DNA from: Bacilli bacterium
Lineage (GTDB): Bacteria > Bacillota_I > Bacilli_A > RFN20 > UBA1709
Assembly: GCA_050949315.1 (NCBI GenBank)
Contig: JBMNFL010000001.1
Coordinates: 800,001-864,000 of the forward strand
Direction: 5' to 3'
Length of the DNA: 64,000 nt
How positions within the stretch are numbered: the first letter of the stretch is position 1; every line of letters starts with the position of its first letter. The position numbers and the translations under genes are program-made. The notes under the pieces were generated by a model. That model did not search any database, was not told where the DNA came from, and worked only from the letters and a program-made list of their open reading frames with translations. This document shows, in pieces, positions 31,653 through 40,780 of the stretch.

Positions 31653-32930
31653 ATGCCGATTAATGATGAGCATCAAGAAATAGAGGTTCAAAAGTATTCA
31701 CGAAAAGGATTAATTATTCGTGCTATCTTTTTTGTGATTGCCTTAACGGTTGCTGTTGTAAGTTTTGCTCGCGCTATTAATTCCTGCTCCGAAAAGAAGC
31801 CGGGTTATTATAAAATAGAATTAAAAGAAGATGAAGAAGCACCCTTTTATGGGGCCGGAGTTAAGTTTGAATATTATTTAGATGGTGAGAGTAGTGAAAT
31901 TAAAATAGCTTTAAAAAATTTAAAAAATGTTTATTCATTAGCCTTAAAACAAGCCTATATTTTAGTTGATGCGGAAAATACTTATGAAGTTTATAAAAAC
32001 TTAGCTCTAGTTAATCAAAACATCGGACAAGAGGTGGAATTACACCCCTTGTTATATCCGTTGTTGAAGGAAGCGTATGAATTAACTCTATTAAGAGAAA
32101 ATTATAACCTTTTTGCCAATATTCTAATTGATCGTTGGGAAGGGATTCTTTTAGCCGCTGACGATGAAAGAGACCCGCTAATCAATCTAGAAGAAGCGGC
32201 GTTTTTAGAGGAAATAGCAAGTTATGTTGATGATTTAACAAATTTTTCCTTGCTTTTTGATGATGAAAATAAAAGCGTGACTTTTAATACTTCATTAGCC
32301 TTCAAGAATTTTTATGAAACCGAAGGCCTAGATTGTGCTATTTTGGATTTTAATAGTTTAAATGAAGCGTTCAAAATAAAATTGCTGTGCAATAATCTTA
32401 AAGAGCAAGGCTATACTAAGGGCTTTGTTGAAACCGCAGATGGATTAGTTATCAATTTAGGGACGGATTCAACTTGTTTCTATGCCATTTCCAATAAATT
32501 GGATAGTCAAACTTATGAAAGCCCAGTAATGTCTGTTAGTAGTGAAAAGTACAAACTTTTATCACGGAGCAGAGTTTATAGTGTTAAGCAAGAAGATTAT
32601 TATCGAGTAATTAATCACGAGGAGAAGAACTATTATCGACACTTAAAAATTGATGTTAAAAGTGGGAAGATTAACAATATTATAAATACTGTCAATCTTT
32701 TTGCTACCGATTTTGATATTGTACAGTTACGTTTTTTTAACTTAACAATTTATGGGTTTAATACAATTGATGGTATAAATAATCAGGTTAAAAAAATTGA
32801 GGACGAAAATCCTCAATTGTCTTTAGCTTATACTTTACAGGGGGATGATAAAGATATTTATATTTATAAAGGTGAGTTTACCGTTTTAGAAGATTCTGGT
32901 TATAATCCTAAATATCTTCTGGCTGACTAG
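31653..32930 (+). CDS. Membrane-anchored divergent ApbE-like (flavin transferase fold) protein
   Basis: N-terminal TM; LALVNQNIGQEVELHP, LDFNSL..LKEQGY and YRHLKIDVKSG echo ApbE blocks. Confidence 0.55.
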   Translation: MPINDEHQEIEVQKYSRKGLIIRAIFFVIALTVAVVSFARAINSCSEKKPGYYKIELKEDEEAPFYGAGVKFEYYLDGESSEIKIALKNLKNVYSLALKQAYILVDAENTYEVYKNLALVNQNIGQEVELHPLLYPLLKEAYELTLLRENYNLFANILIDRWEGILLAADDERDPLINLEEAAFLEEIASYVDDLTNFSLLFDDENKSVTFNTSLAFKNFYETEGLDCAILDFNSLNEAFKIKLLCNNLKEQGYTKGFVETADGLVINLGTDSTCFYAISNKLDSQTYESPVMSVSSEKYKLLSRSRVYSVKQEDYYRVINHEEKNYYRHLKIDVKSGKINNIINTVNLFATDFDIVQLRFFNLTIYGFNTIDGINNQVKKIEDENPQLSLAYTLQGDDKDIYIYKGEFTVLEDSGYNPKYLLAD

Positions 32931-33165
32931 TTAAAAGAATAGCACGAATAATAAAAAAGTTTATGATTAAACAAACGATAGGAAAGGCAATTAAAAAGGT
33001 GTTTCCGGCTTGCCAGGTCCCTTTGGCTACGATAATTAAAGCAAAGATTAGATCAAGAATAGTAAGAAATGCAAAAATACAAAACCAGACAAATCTTCTC
33101 GTGTTTGGTTTTTTCTTTAAATCAATTTTCCAAACAAATGGTTTTCTCTGCCTTTCTTTGTTCAT
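32908..33165 (-). CDS. Small two-TM membrane protein
   Basis: Two hydrophobic helices, gggggg RBS-like run. Confidence 0.6.
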   Translation of the reverse strand: MNKERQRKPFVWKIDLKKKPNTRRFVWFCIFAFLTILDLIFALIIVAKGTWQAGNTFLIAFPIVCLIINFFIIRAILLTSQPEDI

Positions 33166-33262
33166 AAGTATTCCCCCCCAGTATAGATTCATTTTAATGC
33201 TTTTATCAGTATTTATCAACTTTTTTTAAAAAAAGTTGTATAATACTTTTTGAGGTTATGTT

Positions 33263-34156
33263 ATGCAAGTAGTTATTATTCGTAATCCCTACTCTCGTTT
33301 AGCTGCTCAAAAGGGTCAAATTGAGCGTTTGCAAGCGGAGTTTAAGAAGAAAAAAATCGAATGTCGACTAATAAGTAGTCAGGGCTTTTTGGCGTGGATA
33401 GAAAATGGTGTAGCTTATTCTAGTTTGCAAAACGTGGCAATTATTTATTTGGATAAGGACAAATATTTGGTTTCGTTACTGAACAAATTGGGTTTTAGAA
33501 TTTTTAATCCAGCCGAGGCGATTATAACTTGTGATGATAAGATGTTGACTCATATTGCACTTAGCAACCAAGGAATTCAAATGCCGAAGACTATACCAGG
33601 ACTTCTTTGTTATACCAAAGGTGCTAAGCTTAGGGAGGAATATTTAGAAACTTTGGTTAAAGAACTTGGTTTACCCTTTGTTATTAAAGAATCCTATGGG
33701 TCCTTAGGGAAACAAGTTTATCTAGTAGAAAATAAAGAAGAGGCTAGAAAGGTATTAAATAAGGTTAAGTATGTCCCCCATCTTTGTCAAGAATTAGTGA
33801 AAAGTAGTTATGGCAAGGATATTCGTGTAATTGTTATTGGTGGTAAAGCTTTTGCTTGGATGAAACGGCAATCAAGTACCGATTTTCGTTCTAATATTGG
33901 TCTTGGCGGTGTTGGTTATGCAATTCAACTACCTAAAGCATATAAGGAAGTTAGTGAAAGGGTGGCTAGCCTTTTAAAGTTAGATTATTGTGGTATTGAT
34001 CTTCTAATTGGTAAAGATGGTAAGCCCCTTGTTTGTGAAGTTAATTCCAATGCCTTCTTTAATGAAATTGAAAGGATTACGAAGAAAAATGTAGCGAGAA
34101 CTTATGTAGAATATATTATAAAAGAAATGACGAGGATGGGAGCATATGACGATTGA
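33263..34156 (+). CDS. RimK/LysX-family ATP-grasp ligase
   Basis: CDDK, PFVIKESYGSLG, DIRVIVIG, FRSNIGLGG, CEVNS. Confidence 0.9.
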   Translation: MQVVIIRNPYSRLAAQKGQIERLQAEFKKKKIECRLISSQGFLAWIENGVAYSSLQNVAIIYLDKDKYLVSLLNKLGFRIFNPAEAIITCDDKMLTHIALSNQGIQMPKTIPGLLCYTKGAKLREEYLETLVKELGLPFVIKESYGSLGKQVYLVENKEEARKVLNKVKYVPHLCQELVKSSYGKDIRVIVIGGKAFAWMKRQSSTDFRSNIGLGGVGYAIQLPKAYKEVSERVASLLKLDYCGIDLLIGKDGKPLVCEVNSNAFFNEIERITKKNVARTYVEYIIKEMTRMGAYDD

Positions 34157-35855
34157 AAAGCTCAACGAGAAGTTAATCAAACGTTTTAAAGGCCAAGTTA
34201 GTGCCCATGAAGAAAAGGGTTGTGTGGTTTTGACTGGTGCTCTTTTAACGTGGAAAGAAGTTATAGAAGCTTGTTACATGGCAGTTGATAAAAAACGCTA
34301 CATAGGTGTTTTAAATGATATCGTCTGTATTGAGTGTAAAGAGGTTAAAACGCGTAGTTCTAGCTTAAATGATAAGCTTTTAGATGGCGAAGAAGTTGAT
34401 GTTCTTGTCATCGGGGGTGGAATTTCTGGTGCCAGTATTTTGCGTGAGTTAAGTAAATATAAATTAAAACTTTTACTGATCGAAAAAGAAGCTGACGTAG
34501 CGATGCAGAGCAGTGGCCGCAACGATGGAGAAGTACACCCTGGAGTAGACTTAAAACCAGGAAGTAAGAAGCAACATTACGTCCTTTTAGGTAACGCCAT
34601 GTACGATAACATCTGTAAACAATTAGATGTTCCCTTTAGAAGATGCGGTCAATTCGCCCTTTTTACAAAAACGACAACTTTTCCTCTAATTTGGGCATAT
34701 TCGCATCAAAAATGTCGACAAAATTGTCCAACAGGGGTCATTTTGCGTCATCAACTAGCAAAAATGGAGCCAAATTTGACTTCAAGAGCCAAATTTGCTC
34801 TCTATAATCCGACGGCTGGCGTGGTGTCTCCTTACGTTTTAACCATCGCGTATGCTGAAAATGCCATTCAAAACGGGGCTAGAGTTGTACTTAATTGTCA
34901 AGCGCTGAGCATGGAATTAGCTGAGGGAAAAATAAAAAGTGTTTTAACTAATCGTGGTCGTATTTATCCTAGGCTTGTTATTAATTGTGCGGGTGTTTTT
35001 ACTGAGGAAATTGCCAAGATGGCTAATGATCGTTATTTTTCAATTCACCCAAGAAAAGGTACAATTGCCATCTTAGATAAGAAAGCCAATTTTCAAATTA
35101 GAGGAATTTCTTCTATCCGCCACCTAAATGAACCCAAAAACACTAAAGGTGGGGGTATAATAAGAACAATAGATGATAATGTTCTTGTGGGACCAACGGC
35201 TACAGAGACTTATTTAAAAGAAGATTTCACAACTGATCAAGAAGCGATTGATAAAATCTTCAAAAAACAAATTCAAACTTCGCCACAACTTAAAAAAAGC
35301 GATATTATAACTTATTTTAGTGGTATTAGAGCCGCTACCTTCGAAGAAGACTTTTATATTGAAAAAGGGCGTAATACAATGAATATTATCCATGTTGCGG
35401 GTATTCAATCACCAGGTTTAACAACAGCTCCTGCCGTGGCTATTGATGTTGAAAGAATGGCAATAGAACTATTAAGTGAAACTAAAAAAGTATCTAAAAA
35501 CAAGGACTTTAATCCAATTAGACATGGAATACCACGTTTAAAAGAAATGACCGATTTAGATCGTAAAGAGATGATTAGAAAGAATCCGGATTATGGAATT
35601 ATTGTTTGTCGTTGTGAAGAAATTAGTAAGGGCGAGATTATTGATGCTCTCAACTCGCCATTATGTGTTCCAACCTTAGATGCCATTAAACGTCGCGTAA
35701 GACCGGGGATGGGAAGATGCCAAGGTAGCTTTTGCTCGCCACTTGTTGCTCAGATTATCGCCGAGCACCAAGGAATTAGTTTAGATCAGGTAAAAAAGAG
35801 TGGTTTAGATTCCAATATTAGCTATGGTCATATCGGAGGAAAGTCCAATGGATAG
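34146..35855 (+). CDS. FAD-dependent oxidoreductase (GlpA/LhgO-like) with N-terminal BON-like and C-terminal BFD [2Fe-2S] domains
   Basis: IGGGISG, SGRNDG, IQSPGLT, VCRCE...GMGRCQGSFC. Confidence 0.88.
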   Translation: MTIEKLNEKLIKRFKGQVSAHEEKGCVVLTGALLTWKEVIEACYMAVDKKRYIGVLNDIVCIECKEVKTRSSSLNDKLLDGEEVDVLVIGGGISGASILRELSKYKLKLLLIEKEADVAMQSSGRNDGEVHPGVDLKPGSKKQHYVLLGNAMYDNICKQLDVPFRRCGQFALFTKTTTFPLIWAYSHQKCRQNCPTGVILRHQLAKMEPNLTSRAKFALYNPTAGVVSPYVLTIAYAENAIQNGARVVLNCQALSMELAEGKIKSVLTNRGRIYPRLVINCAGVFTEEIAKMANDRYFSIHPRKGTIAILDKKANFQIRGISSIRHLNEPKNTKGGGIIRTIDDNVLVGPTATETYLKEDFTTDQEAIDKIFKKQIQTSPQLKKSDIITYFSGIRAATFEEDFYIEKGRNTMNIIHVAGIQSPGLTTAPAVAIDVERMAIELLSETKKVSKNKDFNPIRHGIPRLKEMTDLDRKEMIRKNPDYGIIVCRCEEISKGEIIDALNSPLCVPTLDAIKRRVRPGMGRCQGSFCSPLVAQIIAEHQGISLDQVKKSGLDSNISYGHIGGKSNG

Positions 35856-37107
35856 TTATCAGGTAATTGTTATCGGCGGTGGACCGGCGGGGTTAGCCGC
35901 TGCTATAGCTGCTAAGAAGGAAGCGGCTCGTGTTCTTCTTATTGAGCGAGAAGGAAGATTAGGTGGAATTTTAAAACAATGTATCCATGATGGTTTTGGG
36001 CTGATTCGTTTTAAGGAAAAACTCAGTGGACCCGAATATGTTGAACATTTTATTGATGAATTTGAAAATTTAGGTATTGAAAAATTATTGCTAACTTTTG
36101 TAACCAAAATCACCAAAATGGAGGATGGTTATGTTGTAAAGTTCGTTAATAAACGGGGGCTTAGTGAGGTGTTTACTAAAACTATTGTTTTAGCCTGTGG
36201 TTGTCGAGAAAGAACTTCTAAACAGGTTATGATTCATGGAACAAGACCAGCTGGTATTTTTTCAGCGGGCACCGCTCAATACTTAACCAACATACTTGGT
36301 CAAAAAATTACCAAAAAATGTGTAATTTTAGGTAGTGGTGATGTTGGTTTAATTATGGCGCGTCGTTTAACCTTAGAAGGCGCCAAAGTAATTGGTGTTT
36401 ATGAAATTAAAGATAGTCCCACAGGTCTAACCCGCAACGTTCAACAATGTCTTGAGGATTATAATATTCCTCTTTACTTATCGCGAACGGTAGTTCGTAT
36501 ATTTGGTGAAGAAAGATTAAGTGGCGTTGAAGTGGCTAAAGTTGATAAGGAAATGAAAGTGATTCCCGGCACTGAAATTGTTATTGAGTGCGATGCTCTT
36601 ATCTTATCGGTAGGTTTAATACCCGAGAATGAACTAGCAGAAGCAATTAATGTGGAAATTGATAACAATACTAAAGGCCCCAAGGTCAATGCCCAGGGTT
36701 TAACAAGCATGAAAGGGATTTATTCTTGTGGTAATGCTTTACATGTTAATGATTTAGTGGATTATGTGAGTGAAAGTGGAGAAATAGCAGGTAAAAATGC
36801 GGCAGGCTATAATTATGCTGATGAAGAAAATGTTCCTATCCATTATTCAAATAACATAGCCTACTTAATACCTCAACGTTTAGATTTAAAGAGTGATAAT
36901 TCTAAAACAACCATTTACTTTAGAAGTCGCAAGGTTGAAAAACAGATTGAATTAGTACTTAAAATTGATGGACTTAGGGTTTGGCATAAACATTATTTAA
37001 AGATTAATCCACCGGAAATGGAGCGACTAAGCTTAGACTTTAATAGTTTCAAGTTAAACAAAAACTCTAGAATTGAGTTTAGTTTGGAGACGCATAAAAA
37101 TGGTTAA
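35848..37107 (+). CDS. NAD(P)/FAD pyridine nucleotide-disulfide oxidoreductase
   Basis: GGGPAG, GGILKQCIHDGFG, GCRER, GSGDVG, CGNALHVND. Confidence 0.88.
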   Translation: MDSYQVIVIGGGPAGLAAAIAAKKEAARVLLIEREGRLGGILKQCIHDGFGLIRFKEKLSGPEYVEHFIDEFENLGIEKLLLTFVTKITKMEDGYVVKFVNKRGLSEVFTKTIVLACGCRERTSKQVMIHGTRPAGIFSAGTAQYLTNILGQKITKKCVILGSGDVGLIMARRLTLEGAKVIGVYEIKDSPTGLTRNVQQCLEDYNIPLYLSRTVVRIFGEERLSGVEVAKVDKEMKVIPGTEIVIECDALILSVGLIPENELAEAINVEIDNNTKGPKVNAQGLTSMKGIYSCGNALHVNDLVDYVSESGEIAGKNAAGYNYADEENVPIHYSNNIAYLIPQRLDLKSDNSKTTIYFRSRKVEKQIELVLKIDGLRVWHKHYLKINPPEMERLSLDFNSFKLNKNSRIEFSLETHKNG

Positions 37108-37480
37108 TTATAAGGAAATGACCTGTATTGTTTGTCCTCTAGGGTGTCGATTAAAAGTTGAATTAGTAGATGGGGACTATAAAGTTAGTGGAAATAGTTG
37201 TCTTAGGGGCCAAACCTTCGCCATTAATGAGATTAAAAATCCTCTTAGGACTATTTCTTCTACTGTTCGAACCATCTACCCCGATGTCCCAGTTCTACCA
37301 GTGCGAGTAAGTGCGGATATTCCCATGAAGAAGATTTTCCCAGTAATGCAGGAAATCAATAAAGTTTTGGTTAAACAACCATTCAAACGAGGGGATGTTA
37401 TTATTAAAGATGTTTTAGGCTTAGGGGTAGATGTTATTTGTACCAGTGATATTTTAAGCAGAAAGGGTGGTAAAAAATGA
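37100..37480 (+). CDS. DUF1667-type CxxC Fe-S protein
   Basis: TCIVCPLGC...GNSCLRG, usual third partner of this gene trio. Confidence 0.8.
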   Translation: MVNYKEMTCIVCPLGCRLKVELVDGDYKVSGNSCLRGQTFAINEIKNPLRTISSTVRTIYPDVPVLPVRVSADIPMKKIFPVMQEINKVLVKQPFKRGDVIIKDVLGLGVDVICTSDILSRKGGKK

Positions 37481-39216
37481 GTAAGAAACCATACAAAGGA
37501 TTTAAGCCAAAATGGGTTGAAGAAACAGCCGCGGCTGATAGTTATCGTTCAATTTTCCGCTGGGGGGATCCTTCTTTTGTCAGGTATCCAAAAGAAGCTC
37601 TCTATAAGTTAATGAAGCAAAGATTTAAATTAAGCGATGAAGATTTTAAACATTATCATGGGGATATTGGCTTTGATAAAGTTAGTTTAAATATTCCTTC
37701 AAAACTTTCAGTAGATGACTTTAAAAGCCTAGAAAGCATTGTTGGCAAAGGTTTTGTAAGTATAAGTGATTATGATCGCTTAGCCGTTGCTTATGGCAAA
37801 ACCGCTTATGATGCTATGCGTTTGAGAGAAAAGATATATGAGAATCTACCGGATGCTGTTGTCTATCCCGATGATAGCGAACAAATTCAAAAAGTAGTCG
37901 ATTTTTGCATACAAAAAGACATTCCATTATATGTTTATGGTGGTGGTAGTAGCGTTACTAGAGGGGTAGAACCAGTAAAGGGTGGTATAAGCCTTGATTT
38001 ACGGAGACGCTTTAATAAAGTTTTGGCTTTTAACGAGATTGATCAAACAATTACCGTTCAAGCCGGAATGTCAGGGCCCATTTTAGAAAAAGCTTTAAAT
38101 GAAGCTGTTAAGAATTTTAAGGCCAAGCGAGCCTATACTTGTGGTCACTTCCCGCAATCCTTTGAATATAGTGCAGTTGGTGGCTGGGTGGTAACCAGAG
38201 GGGCTGGGCAAAATTCCACTTATTATGGCAAGATTGAAGATATCGTTCTTTCTCAAAAATATGCGACACCAATTGGAACTATTCAGACTTCACATTATCC
38301 AAGGGAGGCCACAGGACCTTCTATTAATCAAATTATGATGGGTAGTGAAGGGACTTTTGGTGTTCTTACCGAAGTAACTTTACGCGTTTTCCGCTTCATG
38401 CCCCAAAACCGTGTCCGCTTTTCTTATATCTTCCACGATTGGGAAAGTGCTCAAGAAGCGGCTAGGGAAATGATGCAAGCCGAAGCTGGCTTTGCCTCAG
38501 TTTTCCGCTTATCAGATCCAGAAGAAACTAATCTAATGTTATCTTTATATAACGTCGATGAAACACCTTTAAGGCATCTTTTCAAATTAAGATCTTATAA
38601 AGACATGGAGAGATGTTTATTCCTTGGTTTCACCGATGGTGAGAAAGGCTTCGCAAAAAATGTGGCGCGGAAAATTCGCAAGATCGCTCATCAATATGGT
38701 GGCATGAGTTTAACAGGCTTTGTTTGTTCGGCTTGGGAAAAGGGCCGCTTCACGGATCCTTATTTACGAGATACGATGTTGGATTTTGGTATTGTTACAG
38801 ATACCTTAGAATGCTCAGTTAATTGGTCAAATATGCATCGAGTTTGGCGTGATGTGCGAGAGGTTTGTCATGCCTTGCCTAACACGGTTGTAACCACACA
38901 CATGTCTCACTGTTATCCACAGGGGGCCAATCTTTATTTCATCTTTATCACCAAAATGGATAAAGCTGAAGAATTTAAACGTTATCACACAACTATTCTT
39001 GATGCTATTCAAAGATCAGGGGCCGCTATTAGTCATCACCATGGAGTTGGTAAGATGTTTGGACCATGGTTAGAAGGATATCTAGGAACTAAAGAATTCA
39101 ATATGATTAAGGTTCTAAAAGAATATTTTGATCCTAAGTATCTCTTGAATCCTGGCGGAACATTAGGTCTAGATTTACCTGAAAAAGAGAAGAAATTTTT
39201 AAAAGAACACGACTGA
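37477..39216 (+). CDS. FAD-binding oxidase, alkyl-DHAP synthase-like (VAO/PCMH family)
   Basis: GGGSSVT, GHFPQSFEYS, GSEGTFG, HMSHCY, ISHHHGVGK, LNPG. Confidence 0.85.
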   Translation: MSKKPYKGFKPKWVEETAAADSYRSIFRWGDPSFVRYPKEALYKLMKQRFKLSDEDFKHYHGDIGFDKVSLNIPSKLSVDDFKSLESIVGKGFVSISDYDRLAVAYGKTAYDAMRLREKIYENLPDAVVYPDDSEQIQKVVDFCIQKDIPLYVYGGGSSVTRGVEPVKGGISLDLRRRFNKVLAFNEIDQTITVQAGMSGPILEKALNEAVKNFKAKRAYTCGHFPQSFEYSAVGGWVVTRGAGQNSTYYGKIEDIVLSQKYATPIGTIQTSHYPREATGPSINQIMMGSEGTFGVLTEVTLRVFRFMPQNRVRFSYIFHDWESAQEAAREMMQAEAGFASVFRLSDPEETNLMLSLYNVDETPLRHLFKLRSYKDMERCLFLGFTDGEKGFAKNVARKIRKIAHQYGGMSLTGFVCSAWEKGRFTDPYLRDTMLDFGIVTDTLECSVNWSNMHRVWRDVREVCHALPNTVVTTHMSHCYPQGANLYFIFITKMDKAEEFKRYHTTILDAIQRSGAAISHHHGVGKMFGPWLEGYLGTKEFNMIKVLKEYFDPKYLLNPGGTLGLDLPEKEKKFLKEHD

Positions 39217-39278
39217 TAGATAATATTTAAAAACAGTTGCAGAAACCAAATTAATATGTTAGTATAATCCAGCAACTT

Positions 39279-39304
39279 ACTTTGGACACAATAGCTGTTC
39301 AAGG
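39279..39304 (+). promoter_or_regulatory. Hairpin in the rpmE leader (possible L31 autoregulatory leader)
   Basis: ctttggaca-caatagc-tgttcaagg between TATAAT (39263) and the RBS. Confidence 0.4.
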
Positions 39305-39324
39305 CGGAAGGAGGACCAAGGTTT

Positions 39325-39546
39325 ATGAAAGAGAAAATCCATCCCAAGTATACAAAAGTGAAGGTTGTTTGTACTTCTTGTGGTACGGAGTTTGAGACAG
39401 GCTCAACCCTTAATAGGGATATTCGAGTTGATACTTGTTCAAATTGCCATCCTTTTTATACAGGCAAGCAACGTTTTGGCCATATTGCTGGTCGGGCCGA
39501 GACCTTTATGAAGAAGTACGGTATTAAACAAGAAGAAGAAAAATAA
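39325..39546 (+). CDS. rpmE: 50S ribosomal protein L31 (Zn-binding form)
   Basis: [24 protein letters not shown]. Confidence 0.96.
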   Translation: MKEKIHPKYTKVKVVCTSCGTEFETGSTLNRDIRVDTCSNCHPFYTGKQRFGHIAGRAETFMKKYGIKQEEEK

Positions 39547-39633
39547 GAAATTAACGTCCAGTTTAGTGGGCGTTTTTCTTTAATTGAAGAAGCCTAAATG
39601 ACATGTTATAATAAGACCGACCGGAGGTAGTTT

Positions 39634-40587
39634 ATGCGCGATAAAATCCTTTTAGCACTCGTTGTTCCCTGTTATAACGAAGAAGATGTTTTGAAAGAAA
39701 CCAACTATCGTTTAACCAGTTTACTCGTAGAAATGATCCAAGAGCAACTTATCCAAGCAAGCTCTTATATTTTGTACGTGGATGATGGTAGTAAAGATAA
39801 AACCTGGGAAATGATAAAAGATTTCTATAAGCAAAGCGAAATGGTACAAGGGGTTAAATTATCGCGAAACAGAGGACATCAAAATGCCCTTCTAGCTGGT
39901 CTATTTACCGCCTTAAATAACTGCGACGCGGCTATTTCCATTGATGCTGATTTACAAGATGATATTAGAGTCATAAAAGAAATGGTATCTCGTTATCGCC
40001 AAGGTGATGAAATTGTTCTTGGGGTTCGCGATAATCGTGATAATGATAGCATCATTAAAAGAGGTACCGCTGAAGCTTTCTACAAGGTCATGAAGAAGCT
40101 AGGTACAAATACAATCAAAGATCATGCAGATTTTCGTTTGTTAAGCAACCGTGCTTTACAAGAACTTAAAAACTATAACGAAGTTAACCTTTTCCTTCGG
40201 GGTTTAATTTTAGAACTAGGATTCCCTACTAGTTGCGTGTACTATCAACGGCAGTCACGTATGGCAGGAGTAACTAAATATTCATTATTTAGAATGCTTA
40301 ATCTTGCTTTGGCAGGGATCACGTCTTTTACTATCCGACCAATTCGTTTAATTTTCATTTTTGGTTTTATTTTTTCAATACTTAGCCTAGGTTTTGCCGT
40401 GGGTATTGCCATTGCCGCCATTTGTGGCGCATTTATTGGTTGGTTACCAATTATTTATATTACGCTTTGGTTTCTTACTGGCCTAATTTTAATGGCTATT
40501 GGTATTATTGGCGAATATATTGGTCGTAATTATTTCGAGACAAAGAGAAGACCACGTTATATAATCGAAGAGAGATTAATTCATTAG
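39634..40587 (+). CDS. GT2 polyprenyl-phosphate glycosyltransferase (GtrB/YkoT-like)
   Basis: VPCYNEE, VDDGSKD, DADLQD, two C-terminal TMs, GEYIGR. Confidence 0.9.
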   Translation: MRDKILLALVVPCYNEEDVLKETNYRLTSLLVEMIQEQLIQASSYILYVDDGSKDKTWEMIKDFYKQSEMVQGVKLSRNRGHQNALLAGLFTALNNCDAAISIDADLQDDIRVIKEMVSRYRQGDEIVLGVRDNRDNDSIIKRGTAEAFYKVMKKLGTNTIKDHADFRLLSNRALQELKNYNEVNLFLRGLILELGFPTSCVYYQRQSRMAGVTKYSLFRMLNLALAGITSFTIRPIRLIFIFGFIFSILSLGFAVGIAIAAICGAFIGWLPIIYITLWFLTGLILMAIGIIGEYIGRNYFETKRRPRYIIEERLIH

Positions 40588-40589
40588 AT

Positions 40590-40666
40590 CGGGACGTAGC
40601 GCAGCTTGGTAGCGCACTTCCTTGGGGTGGAAGGGGTCGCGAGTTCAAATCCCGCCGTTCCGACCA
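40590..40666 (+). tRNA. tRNA-Pro(GGG)
   Basis: Cloverleaf; anticodon arm cttcc-ttGGGgt-ggaag; TTCAAAT loop; encoded CCA. Confidence 0.95.
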
Positions 40667-40674
40667 TTGTAATG

Positions 40675-40706
40675 AAAAGTCCAGTTTATCTGGGCTTTTT
40701 GTTTTT
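40675..40706 (+). terminator. Terminator after tRNA
   Basis: aaaagtccag...ctgggcttttt. Confidence 0.7.
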
Positions 40707-40780
40707 TGGCGGCATATTTTTTCTTTATTGGCACTAAAGAGGTAAAAGTTTATAATTAACTAGGAAGGATTTTATGGTTT

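Noticed and set aside
40636-40656. A-C mismatch in the T stem of tRNA-Pro(GGG) as a sign of pseudogenisation
   Set aside because: Single mismatch; all other arms and the CCA end are intact
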